NCBI RefSeq assembly: GCF_009914755.1
Contig: NC_060926.1
DNA length: 64,000 bases
Direction: 5' to 3' (one strand)
Origin: the human T2T-CHM13v2.0 reference genome, Homo sapiens
Position numbers and translations under genes: made by a program. Below are positions 1 to 14,826 of the stretch, in pieces; within the stretch, counting starts at the first letter, position 1; every line of letters starts with the position of its first letter. The notes below the pieces were generated by a model. That model worked only from the letters and a program-made list of their open reading frames with translations. It was not told the origin of the DNA and made no database searches.

Positions 1-748
<748 letters not shown>

Positions 749-1039
749 TTATGAATCCCTGTCTTAGTATCCTCAATTCAAGAATTCTGGAATGCACTGG
801 TTCTGGTCCAGGAGTGCTCAGATGTTGACCCAGTGACTGCCTGCATGCCTCGACTTGCAGGCCACAGACATTAATGATGCCCTCACTTAGGGGTATGAGG
901 TTGATCTGGTGCCCAGCCCTGGAGCCTCTTGCTCAGCCAAGGTTAACTCTGCAGGAGGTGCAGCCATCTCCTGTGCCCAGCCAACCTACCCAGTATTCCA
1001 TTTGTAGATTCAGCATAGTATTATAAAAATTAAGAACAT

Positions 1040-1527
<488 letters not shown>

Positions 1528-2036
1528 TGATGCAAGTAATCCCTTTGAAAGCTGGAATGTCTACAAAATGGATGATATAATAATTTGGATGGCAGTTGAG
1601 AGGATAAATAACATAAAAATGCCATTTTAAAGTATATATAATCAAGAAAGCTGTGGCTGGCTTTTGTTAATTTTGTAGACAATACACAGGTGATAAACAT
1701 TAAAGAAGAATCATTTTTCTCTGTGATTAGTTTATTATGGTACTTAGAATCAGAAAACTTAGTTAATATGAATATTTTGTCTTATTCAGGAATAAGATAT
1801 TAACACAAGTTTATGTACATTGTAGTATAGAATGTATGACAAGCGTACTCATGGTTTTTGTTGAGAAGAAATGCCCTCTTTGGCTCTATAATTCACTTCT
1901 AACAGAAATGATATATTTTTATGTTATCAGATTAATAACTATTTGTAAAGCCCTTCAAAGATGAAAAGTACTCCATAAATGCTTAGCATTTATTACCACT
2001 AATATAAACATCATTAAGCTCTTCTTCAAAATGCTG

Positions 2037-5000
2037 TGAAGACAGAAGAAGCTAAATAACTAAAATTAGAGCAGAACTAAAGAAACTGACACCAAAAATA
2101 ATATAAAGGATAAACGAAAAGTTGGTTCTTTGAAAGGCTAAGCAGGATTAATAGGCCACTAGCTACATTAACAAAGAAAAAAGAGAGAAGATCCAAATAA
2201 GCACAATCAGAAGTGACAAAGGAGACATTACAACAGATCCCACAGATATACAAAAGATCCTCAGAAACTGATACAAACACCTCAATGTACACAAAGTAGA
2301 AAATGTAGAGGGAACAGATAAACTCCTGGAAACACACAACCACCCAAGATTGAGCCAGAAAGAAGGTGAAACCCTGAACAGAACAGTAAACAACAAGTTG
2401 TGAAAATGAATCAGTAATAAAAAGGCTACCAATCAAAAAAAGCCCTGGCACAGATGGATTCACAGGTGAATTAAACCAGATGTACAAAGAAGAACTTGTA
2501 CCAATCCTACTGAAACTATTCCAGAAATTAAGTAGAAGGCAACTCCTTCTTAACTCATTCTGTGATGCCAGAACCACCTTGATACCAACACCTGGCAAAG
2601 ACACAATGAAAACAGAAAACCACAGGCCAACATCCCTGATGAACATATATGCAAAAATCCTCGACAAAATTCTAACACATCAAATCCAGCAGCAAATTAA
2701 AAAGTCAATTCACCATGATCAAGCAGGCTTTATTTCTGGGATGCAAGGTTGGTTCAACATACGCAAATCAATAAATGTGATTCACCACATAAACAGAATT
2801 AAAAAAAAACCATATGATCATTTCAAGAGACACAGAAAAAGCCTTTGATAACATCCAACATCCTTCTTGATAAAAACCCTCAACAAACTAGGCATAGAAA
2901 GAACAAACCTCACAATAATAAGAGCCATCTATGACAAACCCACAGCCAACATCGTACTGCGTGGGCAAAAACTGGAAGCATTCCCCTTAGGAACAGGAAC
3001 AACACAAAGATGCCCACACTCCCATTCAAAAAAGTACTGGAAGCCCTAGTCAGAGAAATCAGGAGAAGAGAAAGAAATCAAAGGCATCCAAAAAGGAAGT
3101 CAAATTATCTCTCTTTGCTGATAATATGATTCTGTATGTAGAAAACCCTAAGTACTTCACCAGGAGACTCCTAGACCTGATAAATGACTTCTGTAAAGTT
3201 TTGGATACAAAATCAATGTACAAAAATCAGTGCCATTTCTATATCCCAATAACGTTCAAGCTGAGAGCCAAGTCAAGAACTTAATCCCACTTACAGTAGC
3301 CACACACAAAATAAAATACTTAAGAATACACCTAACCAAGAAAGTGAAAGGTCTCCACAAGAACCACAAAACACTGCTGAAAGAAATAATAGATGACACA
3401 AACAAATGGAAAAACTTCCATGTGCATGGATTGGAAGAATTAATGTCACTAAAATGTCCATACCACCCAAAGCAATCCACAGATTAAATGCTATTCCTAT
3501 CCAGTTACCAAGGTCATTTTTCACAGAATTAGAAAAAACTATTCCAAAATTCACATGGAATTTAAAAAGAGGCTGAATAGCCATAGCAATCCTAAGCAAA
3601 AAGAATAAAGCTGGAGGCATCAGACTATCTGACTTCAAACGACATTACAAGACTGCAGTAACCGAAACAGCATGGTACTGGTACAAAAACAGATATACAG
3701 AATAGAGTGGAACAGAATAGAGAATGCTGAAATAAAGCTGTACGCCTACAACCAACTGATCTTCAAAAAGCCAACAAAAATAAGCAATGGGGAAAGGACT
3801 CCCTATATAATAAATGATGCTGGGAAAATAGGCTAGCCATATGCAGAAGAATGAAGCTGGACCCCTACCTCTCAACATATACAAAAATTAAGTCAAGATG
3901 AATAAGACTTGAATGTAAAACCTCAAAATATAAAAATCCTAGAACAAAACCTAAGAAATACTCTTGTGGAAATTGACACAGCCAAAGAATTTATGACTTG
4001 ATAGACATCCTCAAAAGCAATTACAACAGTAACAAAAATGAAATATCGGGACCTGCTTAAACTAAAGAACTTCTGCACAGCAAAAGAAACTATCAACAGA
4101 ATAAATAGATAACCTACAGAATGGGAGAAAATATTTACAAACTACACCTCCAACAAAGGACTAATATCCGGAATCTATAAGGAACTTAAACAAATCATTA
4201 AGAAAAAAAAAATAACCCCATTAAAAAGTGGGCAAAGGACATGAAAAGACACTACTCAAAAGAAGACATACAAGTGGCCAAACATTAAAAACATGCTTAA
4301 TATCATTAATCATCAGAGGAATGCAAATCAAAACCACAATGAGATACCATCTCACACCAACCAGAATGGCTTTTGTTAAAAAATTAAAAAACAGCAGATG
4401 TTGGCAAGGCTACAGAGAAAAGGGAATGCTTATACACTGTTGGTGGGAATGCAAAAATCAGTTCAGCCCCAGTAGAAAGCAGTTTGGAGATTTCTAAAAA
4501 AACTGAGTTGAACTACAATTACATCCAGTAATCCCACTACCGTGTTTATACCCAAAGGAAAATTGTGCTACCAAAGATACCCGGCCTTGTAAGCTTATTG
4601 TAGCACTACTCACAAGTGCAAAGATATGGAAACAACCTTAGTGCCCATAATGGTGAACTGGATAATGAAAATGTGGTACATATACACCATGGAATACTAT
4701 GTAGTCAGTCATAAAAAAGAATGAAATCATGTCCTTTGCAGCAACATGGATGCAACTGGAGGCATTATCATAAGTGAAATAATGCAGAAACAGAAAATGA
4801 AATATTCTGTGTTCTCTTATAAAGTAGGAGCAGCTAAACCCTGGGTATACACAGATGTAAATATGGGAACAGCACACACTGGTGGCTCCAAAAGGAAAGA
4901 GGGAAAGAGAGGGGCAAGGGCTGAAAAACTTGTTAGGTACTATATTCACTCTCTGGGTGACAGGGTCAATAGAAGCCGAAACCTCAGCATTAGGCAATAT

Positions 5001-5081
5001 ACCCTTGTAACAAACCTGTACATGCATTCCCCTAGTCTCAAATGAAAATTAAAAATAAATATTTTCTAAAAAAAAAAAAAA
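2037..5081 (+). mobile_element. 5'-truncated LINE-1 (L1PA15-17-like), decayed ORF2 plus 3'UTR and poly(A)
   Basis: RT-domain peptides ([30 protein letters not shown]), L1 3'UTR, A tail at 5068-5081, candidate TSD caaaatgctg (2027-2036) / caaaatgcag (5082-5091). Confidence 0.95.
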
Positions 5082-5365
5082 CAAAATGCAGCTACAGCTT
5101 CATGAGTTAATTGTTAAATAAGATGACATGCCCAAAATGGCAGGTGGTATATCATGTGAACCTTTTCATGATTATAGCAATAATACAAATTTTTTTGTTA
5201 GACAGCTATTAATAACTATTAGCAACTCATTCTTCAAAGGTTATTTTTGTCTCAGATAATTACACCACTGAAAAGTGAAATAATTCATTTTTGATTCTAC
5301 AATATAAGCTAGCACAGAAAAAGGCCTAAGCTTCTGGGAAACTCCTGAATTATTGATGTTGTAAA

Positions 5366-5697
5366 GCTGCAGTTTCCAATATGGTAGACACTACTGCATG
5401 TGACTACTGAATCTTGAAACACGGCTCATGTGACTGGGGAACTACATTTTAAAATTTTATTTAATTTCAATTAAATTAAAAAATTGATATTCTATCTAGT
5501 AATTGTGAAATTTTAAAGAATGTGTACAACGACTTGGGTAACAAACTACTTCAACTGTAAATTTTATGAAATATGAATATAGATCATGTATTTCCAATGA
5601 AAATTTAACATCTGATTTGAGATGTACCCTAAGATGTATCAGATAATTTAAAATTCTGTCTGTGGCTTGCATTATATTTCTATTGGACATCATTGCT
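5366..5697. mobile_element. hAT-Charlie derivative (Charlie1/MER3/MER33-like)
   Basis: Termini tccaatatggtag...catgtgactactga and cattatatttctattggaca, typical of this family. Confidence 0.7.
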
Positions 5698-5902
5698 ACA
5701 CAGGTTTAAAGACACACAACAAACCATATATGACATGGACCTTACTCCCTTTTTTAATCCTTCTAGTCCAAACCTAGGAAGTTGGAATAGTATATGTGAA
5801 AGTAAAAAATTTCAGTTCTTGTATTTGTAGAATAGGGGAGTAATAGGTCTTTTCTTTGATAGGTGAAGACATGGCCTTCATGAACTATGACCTGGCATTA
5901 CT

Positions 5903-6127
5903 TCAGTTATGCACTATTAAATGATTAACAACTAGCTCTCCACAAACCAAACCAGAACCCAAACCAAAAAACAACCAATTTGTAGAGTTTGCCAATTTCC
6001 ACGACATAAATATTCCTACCAGGGCCAATTTTGAGCTACCAACATGGTCACTGAACATACAGTTGGGAAGAGATGCACATAATTGGCACTCATGAGGCCG
6101 TAGAATACAGCCTCAGTGCAGCACTGG
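5903..6127 (-). mobile_element. MER63-type hAT-Blackjack MITE
   Basis: Reverse complement reads gtgcatctcttcccaact...gttggtagctc...ggaaattggcaaactctacaaat, with degenerate cagtg TIRs. Confidence 0.7.
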
Positions 6128-6281
6128 AATACTTTGAGTTGCTGACATCTATATTCTTGAAAGATATGTGTGTGTATATATGGGTGTATGTGGGAGCTGA
6201 AATAGATCAGCTTTAAATTAAATTCTGCCCTATAGCAAAAAAGTATTATAGGATTATTATTTCTATGAAAGTAGGGCATTT

Positions 6282-6377
6282 TCTTTTCTTTTTTTTGAGA
6301 CGGAGTCTCGCTCTTTCACCCAGGCTGGAGTGCAGTGGCGTGATCTCTGCTCACTGCAAGCTCCGCCTCCTGGGTTC
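6282..6377 (-). mobile_element. Severely 5'-truncated AluY
   Basis: Poly(T), then gagacggagtctcgctc...ctgcaagctccgcctcctgggttc; TSD agggcattt at 6273-6281 and 6378-6386. Confidence 0.9.
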
Positions 6378-7247
6378 AGGGCATTTCATTTTCTTTAAGC
6401 CTTTGGAAACTAAGTGACTATAAAAACTCTGATTCTTTCCAAATTCCCCTTGAGAATATAGATTTATGGTTATATGAAGCCATTTTGTAAATTGTAAAAT
6501 GGTAAAAACAGGTGAAGACATTTAATTTTGATAAAACAAGATACATGATTGTAACTTAGAAACTTAGTAGGCCAACTACATAACAAACATTTGTGAATAG
6601 AGATTTCCTAGGGACATAATAAGGGCATAGGAAGATTACCTTCAGAATTGATATAAATTCTGACATACTGAGAATTTTATACATGTAAAATATCTGTAAG
6701 AGGTCCAAATTTAGCTCTAAAGTTCGATAATTTTATGAGTTTTGTTAGCTAATATATGTTAAATCATTCTGTTTATTTAGAAATTCTTGTTTCTATAATA
6801 GCTCCTCTGCTTGGGCACTTTAATGTTATGCTTTTTGCTACACTTTTAAATTTAGTATAACGTCTTTTAAAGGCAGTATCTAAGAGGATTTAATTTAAAA
6901 GTATCTTTTGAATAAAGCAATTTCCCCTCTAAGGAAATCCTCTAAGAGAATATTCAAGCTTATTATTTTAGTATGGGTTTGTTTGTACTATTAAATGGAT
7001 ATGAATAAATGATTTTTTCACAGAGTTATATGTTGGCTAGAATTTTATAGTGCCTGAGTTTGGATTCTATTTTGTCATATCTAATCACATGCATAAAATT
7101 TTACTGCTGGAAAAGACAGACTCTTCTGTATCTTTATTTTATAATAGAGCAAACTGAGACCCCAAAAAGGGACTGTTGAAGTGTTATTTGGCTAGTCTTT
7201 ACTAGTTTAGCCAAGACTAGACCTCAGCTTTCCCATCACTCTTAGTA

Positions 7248-7542
7248 TTTTTTGTTTTTTATAGACAGGGTCTCGCTCTGTTGCCCAGGCTGGAGTGCAG
7301 TGGCATGATCACAACTCACTGTAACCTCAAACTCTTGGCCCAAGTGATCCTCCTACCTCAGCCTCCCAAGTAGCTAGGGCTGCAGGTGCGTGCCACCACC
7401 CCGAGCTAGCTTTAAAATTTTTGGTAGAGTTGTGGTCTTGATATATTGCCCAAGCTGGTCTCAAACTCCTGGCCTCAAGCTATCCTCCCACCTTGGCCTC
7501 TTGAGTCTTTGGTATTACAGGCATGAACCACCATGACTGGCC
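7248..7542 (-). mobile_element. AluJ
   Basis: Full dimer with J-type gacagggtctc and ctcaagtgatcctcc; cttagtat in both flanks. Confidence 0.93.
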
Positions 7543-8669
7543 CATCCTTAGTATATTCTTAGTTTGTACCATATAACTGCATAAATCTACTTGTCCATCC
7601 ACATTTTGGAATTATTGATAGAAGATATTTTTGTTATACTCCACACTAGCTACATTGGACACGTATTCTGTTTATTCTTTAACTACATAGTTTCATTAGT
7701 TACCCTTAATGTTATATACCAATCCTTGAGCAAAATTCTTTCATTATTTTCTTATAGAAAATGTGAATACGGGTTATTCTGCCCCAGATTGGCATAATTT
7801 GCTAGTCTAATAAGTAAAGCAGAGAAAGAGGTTTGAGACTTTCAACTCCTGTCTCAGAAAGAAAAACAGAAGGGCTAAAAGCATAACATTTAACATTTGT
7901 ACCTTTCTCCACAGGAAAAGACCACTACCTTTTGCTTAGTAACTGTCATTTTATGACTAGGTAAGTTCTGAAGAGTTGACAACTTGTTTTGGAATATAGT
8001 AATCTAGTATTTCAGAATTCAAAAATATGTTAAATAACATTTAAATTATGGAAAGTTTCCATCTGAAAATAACTAATTTAGAGAAAATCCATACTTATTC
8101 AATAACACCAATTCTTAATTACCATATGTCACATTCTGTGATTGACATTATGTCACCACAAAGAAAGGAACAAAGGTTTGATAATCATAGCATACTTAAT
8201 AAGTTTACTGAAAACTGTACATCTCTTAAGATATACAAGTAATACAGTCTTGTATAGACCTCTGCAGTCAAGCAAGCAGTTAGTCTTTGATGTGCTCATA
8301 ATTATGAAATATTTAGGATGTCTTTAGGGAAAGATGCCTATAGGTAGTAAGGTTTAGATCAAAACTGACATCATTACATAATAAAGGAGGAAAGGTGAAG
8401 TGAAGCCAAAAGTAGATTGGCAGGAATATACCTAAGTCAAACAAATAATATAACGCACCCTGTAATGCACAGTGTAGGAAGTTAAAGAGTTGGCCGCAGT
8501 TTCAATTGTTTATAGAATTAAAAACTGCTTTTGTAGCTTCAGTTTAGAAGAATTTTGTATTTACAATAAGATATTTAAAGTATAAGAGCAAATCTTTACC
8601 TTCATCCATGTATCACCTCTTGGATAGAATTTTTATATATGTTTACAATGGTACCATGATTTTTAATTT

Positions 8670-8960
8670 TTAAAGTATTTTTAGAGACAGTCTTGCTCTG
8701 TAGTCAAGGCTAGAGTATAGTGGCCTGATCATAACTCCCTGTGACCTCAAACTCCTGGGCTCAAATGATGTTCTATCTCAGCTTCTCAAGTAGCTAGATT
8801 ACAGGTGTTTGCCACCATGCCCAGCTAAATTTTTAATTTTTGTAGACATGAGGTCTCACTGTGCTGTCCAGGCTGGTCTCAAACTTCTGGGCTCAAGCAA
8901 TCCTCCTGCCTCAGCCTCTGCAAGTGCTGGGATGACATGTGTGAGCCACTGCACCTAGGC
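8670..8960 (-). mobile_element. AluJ
   Basis: Diverged dimer; flanks catgatttttaat / catgactttaat. Confidence 0.92.
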
Positions 8961-9514
8961 TCATGACTTTAATGCCATTTTAGGAAGAAGATAACATAAA
9001 AAATCAAGCTTTTGAATGATTTTTAAAATGACATGGTAATGTAGTGATGACATGTCTCTGGTAACAAATAGGAAGATAAATAATGATTCCAATTTTGTTA
9101 AATATATGCATAGAAAAAAGGGAATTAAATACACTAAAATAACTCTTTTTATCAGTTATCTCCAGGTAATAATATGAGTGATCTTTATCTTTTACATTCT
9201 TTATATTACATTCTCTAATGTTACCCATTTAAGCATGAATAAGCTTTTATATCAGAATTTTAAAATACATTTTAAAAGGAGATGGCAACTTATAATGCTA
9301 CAGCTTTTTTATAGCATAGTATCTGCAAGATCATATATGATAAATGTATTTGGAAATATAATGCATTTGGAAGGATTTCATAATATGCAAATTTGTAGAC
9401 CGCCACATTAAGTACAGCTGGGATGTCTTTGAAAAGGATTTCTTTTATATTTTCATTTCTCTGCATATGAGGATTATATAAAAGAAGTTGTTTCTCCATG
9501 TTTTTCTTTTTCTA

Positions 9515-9700
<186 letters not shown>

Positions 9701-9721
9701 ATGCTATTCTTCAAATCTCAG

Positions 9722-10165
9722 TGTAACAGATGAACTGCTAGCTGTCCCCAAATGGCTTTTGCTTTTACAGTAACTGGTGTTTTGCTGGGTGCATAATCAC
9801 CCCAGACTTTCTTATGGTTAGTGTAGCCTTAGGAACAGGTTCTGTCCAATGGGATATGTACAGAAGTGATATGTAACAACTCCTGGGTTGTAGCCTGAAC
9901 AAGATAGGACTATGCCTGCCTCCTTTTTCCTCCTTTTGTAGGCTGGGATGCAAATCTTCAATGATGTAGATGAAGGCTTTACCCTAGAGATGACAAAGTA
10001 ACACAATAGATAAGGCCTAGTAATCTAATACCAGCATGCCTTACCAGTCCTGGAACACGTCCCAGGATTGTTATACAAGAAGGAAAGAAAATTCTCTTGC
10101 TGAAGTTACTGGGTTTCATGGTCTCTTGTTTTACAGTAGCTTAGACTATTTCACTTCATAACTGT
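9722..10165 (+). mobile_element. MaLR LTR (MLT1J-like)
   Basis: ttctgtccaatgggatatgtacagaagtgatatgt and terminal ttgttttacagtagcttag motifs. Confidence 0.65.
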
Positions 10166-10294
10166 ATTGTACTGTAGACATATGTCAATCTGACTTCTCA
10201 GGCTTATGCTAGAAATGACACAATATAAAAATACAGTCTTATTTAAGGGAAAACTTATTGAATGGCCATCTCTATTACTTTCCTCACACAAATG

Positions 10295-10583
10295 GCTGGT
10301 GTGATTGATAGAGTGTCTCACTGTGGTTTTGATTTGCATCTCTCTGATGGTTAGTGATGATTAGCATTTTTTCATGTTTCTTGGGGGCTTGTATGTCTTC
10401 TTTTGCATAGTTCATGTCCTTTGCCCACTTTTAATTGGGTTATTTTTTTCTTGTGATTTATTTAATTTTCTCACAGATTCTGGATATTAGGCCTTTGTTG
10501 TATGCATAGTTTGTGAACATCTCCCATTTTGTAGATTGCCTGTTTACTTCATTGATAGTTTCTATTGCTGTGCTGAAGCTCTT
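10295..10583 (-). mobile_element. LINE-1 fragment (3' part of ORF2), inverted relative to the adjacent piece
   Basis: ctcactgtggttttgatttgcatctctctgatg...tgctgtgctgaagctcttt is antisense L1 ORF2 3' region. Confidence 0.9.
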
Positions 10584-11790
10584 TCATGAAAGCAGAAAAC
10601 AAAAAAGAGCAGGAGTTGCTATTCTTAGATCATAGAAAACAGACTTTAAACCAGCAAGCATCAAAAAGGACAAAGAAGGGTATCATATAATGATAAAGTG
10701 TTCAATTTATCAAGAAGACTTAACTATCCTAAATGTATATACACCCAACACTGGAGCTCCCAAATTCATAAAACAAGTACTTCTAGACCTATGAAAAGAC
10801 TAAGACAGCTGTACAATAATAATGGGGGACTTCGGGGGCTTCAACAGCACACTGACAGCATTAGACAGGTCATCAAGGCAGAAAAGTAACAAAGAACTTC
10901 TAGACTTCAACTCGACACTTGGCCAATTAGACCTAATAAACATCTACAGAATGCTCCATGCAACAACCACAGAATATACATTCTTCTCATCTGCACACAC
11001 AACATATTCTAGGATTGACCACATAGGATTGACCACATGCTTGGCCATAAAGCAAGTCTCAATAAATGAAAAAAAAAATTAAAATCATACCAAACGACAC
11101 TCTTAGACCACAGTGCAATAAAAATAGAAATCAATATCAAAGGTCTCTCAAAACCACACAATTACATGGAAATTAAACAACTTACTCTTGAATTACTTTG
11201 GGCATTAAGGCAGAAATCAAATAATTTCTTGAAATTAATGAAAACAGAGACACAACTTACCGAAATCTCTGGGTGCAGTAAACACAGTATTAAGAGGAAA
11301 GTTTATAGTTAAACACCTACATCAAGAAGTTAGAAAAAGTTCAAATTAACAATCTAACATCACACATAGAGGAACAACAACCACAGCAAAAAACTAACCC
11401 CAAAGATAGCAGAAGAAAAGAAATAATATCAGAGCAAAACTGAACAAAATTGAGAGGCAAAAATCCATACAAAAGATCAATGAAACCAAAAGTTGGTTCT
11501 TTGAAAGGATAAATGATTGGTAGACTGCTAGCTTGGCTAGATTAACAACGAAAAAAAGAGAGATCCAAATAAGCACAATCCGAAATGACAAACATGACAT
11601 TACAACTGATCCCATAAAAATATAAAAGATCCTTACAGATTACGATGAACACCTCTATGCACACAAACTGGAAAATCTAGAGGAAATGGATAAATTCCTG
11701 TAAACACACAACCTCCCACTACTGAGCCAGGAAGAAATTAAAACCCTAAACAGACCAATAACAAATTCCGAAATCAAATAAGTAATTTTT
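10584..11790 (+). mobile_element. LINE-1 fragment (ORF2 endonuclease to pre-RT; L1PA16-like)
   Basis: EN-domain peptides GFNSTLTALDRSSRQK and TTEYTFFSSAHTTYSRIDH. Confidence 0.92.
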
Positions 11791-12003
11791 AATAAGTCCA
11801 GCTATTTCTGAGGTACAGCCACATTTCCCCTCTTTGCTGCTAGTATGTATCCCATGATTGCAGTGACGTATTCCCATTTTCACTTATTTTGAGATGGGTG
11901 TCGGTCAGTTATCCTTATTCACATAACTCACAAGCCAAGTCCTATCTGCAACTTCTATCAGTGTGAAGTTGACTAGAGAGTTTAATCCATTACATTTAAA
12001 GCA

Positions 12004-14826
12004 TAGGTTGAGCATCCTCAATCCAAAAATCCAAAATCTGAAGTGATCCAAAACCTCATATTTTTTTGAGTGCCAATATTGATGGCATAAGTGGAAATTC
12101 TACATCTGACCGCCTGTGACAGGTGGCAATAAAAATGCATGCACGCACAGTTTATTAAATGTTCCCAAGGAAGAAAGACCTTCCCCCGCCCCCTCAGCTG
12201 TCATATCTTTTCCAGACACAGCTAGATGCCCTCACACAAGCACACCCACAAAGGTTAATAAAATGGCACAAGTGCAAGCCAGGTGTGCCAATGTCAGGTT
12301 CCCCATGATACCCTGCATAAGGCCAAGACCTATGTGTATTACTCACTGTGTCGTTTTGTGTATTCTCTGCTCTTTGTAAAGATATTCATGAAATGTCCAA
12401 ATAGTCTATATTAAATAATTGTACGGGTAACAGTGATAAGAAAAAGAAGAAGCATTTATATTTATTGCACAGAAAGTCGAGCTTTTTGAGAAAAGGACAG
12501 TGGTGTAACTGTAAAACATCTTGGAGAGCAGAAGGGTGTTGGAACAACCACTATAAATGACTTGTATACACAGGAGGATAAACTGTTGTTTTATGCTAAA
12601 AGTGATTAAGTTAATGAAAAATAGAAAAACAATGCATGCCATAAAGCTAAAAATGAAGATTTTGATCATGTATTGAGTAGATCCATCAGTATTGCAGTGA
12701 ACACATGCCACTTAATGGTATACTGATCATGAAACCAGCAAAGATCATGATGAACTAAAAATTGAAGGGAACTGTGGATATTCAATAAGCTGGTTGCAGA
12801 AATTTAAGGAAGATATGGCATTAAATTTTTATTATTACTTTTAATTATGGGCACATAATAGTTCTATATATTTATGGGTACATGTGATGTTCGATATAGG
12901 GATAAAATATGTAATAAATCAGGATAACTGGGGTATCCATCACCTTAGCACTTACTATTTTTCGTGTTAGGAACATTACAATTCTGCTTTCTTAGTTGTT
13001 TTAAAAATTTGTGGTGATAAAGCATCTGCTGATTATAAAGCAGTGGACAGATTCACTGACGAGTTCACTAAGGTCATCAGAAATAAAAATCTGACACCAG
13101 AACAAGTCTATAATATTGATGAAACATCACTGTTTTTGTTACTGCCCCAGGTGAGACAGCCCCTATATGAATTAAGGATACCAATGACAGAAGAACTCTG
13201 CTGAGATATATTAATACAGCAGGCCCACATAATTATAAACTTGCTATGATAGGCAAAAGTTTGCATCCTTGCTATTTTCCAGGAGTGAATTTCTCACCAG
13301 TCCATTATTATGCTAACAAAAAGGCATGGATCACCAGGGCCATCTTTCCTGGTCGGTTTCATAAACATTTTATACCAGTGGTTTGTGCTCACTGCAGGGA
13401 AGCTGGCCTGGGTGATGACTGCAAGATTTTGTTATTCCTTGATAACTTCTGCTCATCTTCCATCTGAAATTCTCATTAAAAAATGTTCATGCCATGTATT
13501 TTCCCCCAAGTGTGACTTCATTAATTCAGCCATGTGACCAGGGTGGGTATCCTTAGATCAATGAAGAGTAAATATAAAAACACTTTCTTAAAGAGCATCC
13601 TATCAGCAGTGAGCAGAAGCATGGGTGCAGAAGGTTTTCAAAAGGATGTTTAGCATGAAGGATGCCACATGTGCTGTTGCCAACACTTTGAACACATGAC
13701 TAAAGACACAGTTGTGCGTGACTGGCACAATCTCTGGCCTGTGATTACGTTAACTGATGATGATAAACAAGGTGGTGACTTTGAAGGATTCTGTATGTCA
13801 AGTGAGAGAAAAATGTCTGACCTCCTTACATATGCAACAAATATACCTTCAGAGTCCATCAGTAAGCTGGAAGAGATGGATATTGAAGTGGTTTTTAACA
13901 TCACTAATGAGCATCCAGTTGTTCATTCATTGACCAATGGTGAAATAGCCAAAATGGTTCTGAATCAAGGTGATTATGATAATAGTGATGATGAAACTGT
14001 TAACACTGCAGAAAAAGTGCCTGGAAGTGACACTGTGAAAATGTGTGATGGGCTTATTGAAAGACTAGAGCAGCATGAACAAGAAATCATGTCAGTTTAT
14101 AAAACCAAAAAGAAATTTGTAAGACAAAAACCTTTGTTAATGAGGCAGATAACTCTAAAGGAAACACTTCAAAATGCCATCGAACAGGATTCCTTCTTAT
14201 CCCTAGATGACCCACTTCCGGATTCTTTAACTGCTGCTGCTGTTTTTCTCACCCAGAAAAATAAAATGCCCTATGCAGTAATCTTTTACTCAGAACACAA
14301 CATTGTAGGTAGAGGCAGAAAGCTTGCCATTGTTTGTTGTTGCTGTTGTGTAACAGCTGATAACAGGTATTCTGATGATGCTACTGTACTACTTAGTTAT
14401 CCTGAACACATTTTTTTACTGTAGTAATGGTATGTCACACGTTTACTCTTAAGTACTTATGAATGAATGTGTAAGAAAATGACTGCTTATTGGTAGCATA
14501 TAAATTCAGTCAGGAATGATGGTGATGCCAAACAATTACAGATTGTCCACACGGGTGGCTCAGACAGTGACACCTTTACATTCCATTGGTTCAATGTAGA
14601 CAGCTTTGTTGCATGCACAAAATTATCAAAAATATTATATAAAATTGCCTTCAGGCTATGTGTGTAAGGTGTTTTGTGTTTAGACCTGGGTACCATCCTC
14701 AAGATATCTCAGTATGTACCTGCAAATATTCCAAAATTGAAAAAAAAAAAAAAAACACCACCAAACAAACCCCAAATCCAAAACACTTCTGGTAACAAGC
14801 ATTTCAGACAGTGAACAGTTAACCCG
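12004..14826 (+). mobile_element. Near full-length Tigger4/Zombi (Tc1/mariner-pogo) DNA transposon with decayed transposase
   Basis: Left end aggttgagcatcc...aatccaaaaatccaaaatc; right end ccaaaacacttctgg...aagcatttc...aacccg followed by TA. DDE-region remnants (VYNIDETSLF, PVHYYANKKAWITR, KILLFLDN) and the 251-aa ORF 13669-14424. Confidence 0.9.
12826..13000 (-). mobile_element. L1MA 3'-end fragment nested in Tigger4
   Basis: cataatagttctatatatttatggggtacatgtgat...ggggtatccatcacc is the antisense L1MA 3' terminus. Confidence 0.75.

Noticed and set aside
2077-2667. 196-aa hydrophobic minus-strand ORF
   Set aside because: Antisense reading of A-rich L1 ORF2; such F/L/S-rich ORFs are a standard artefact.
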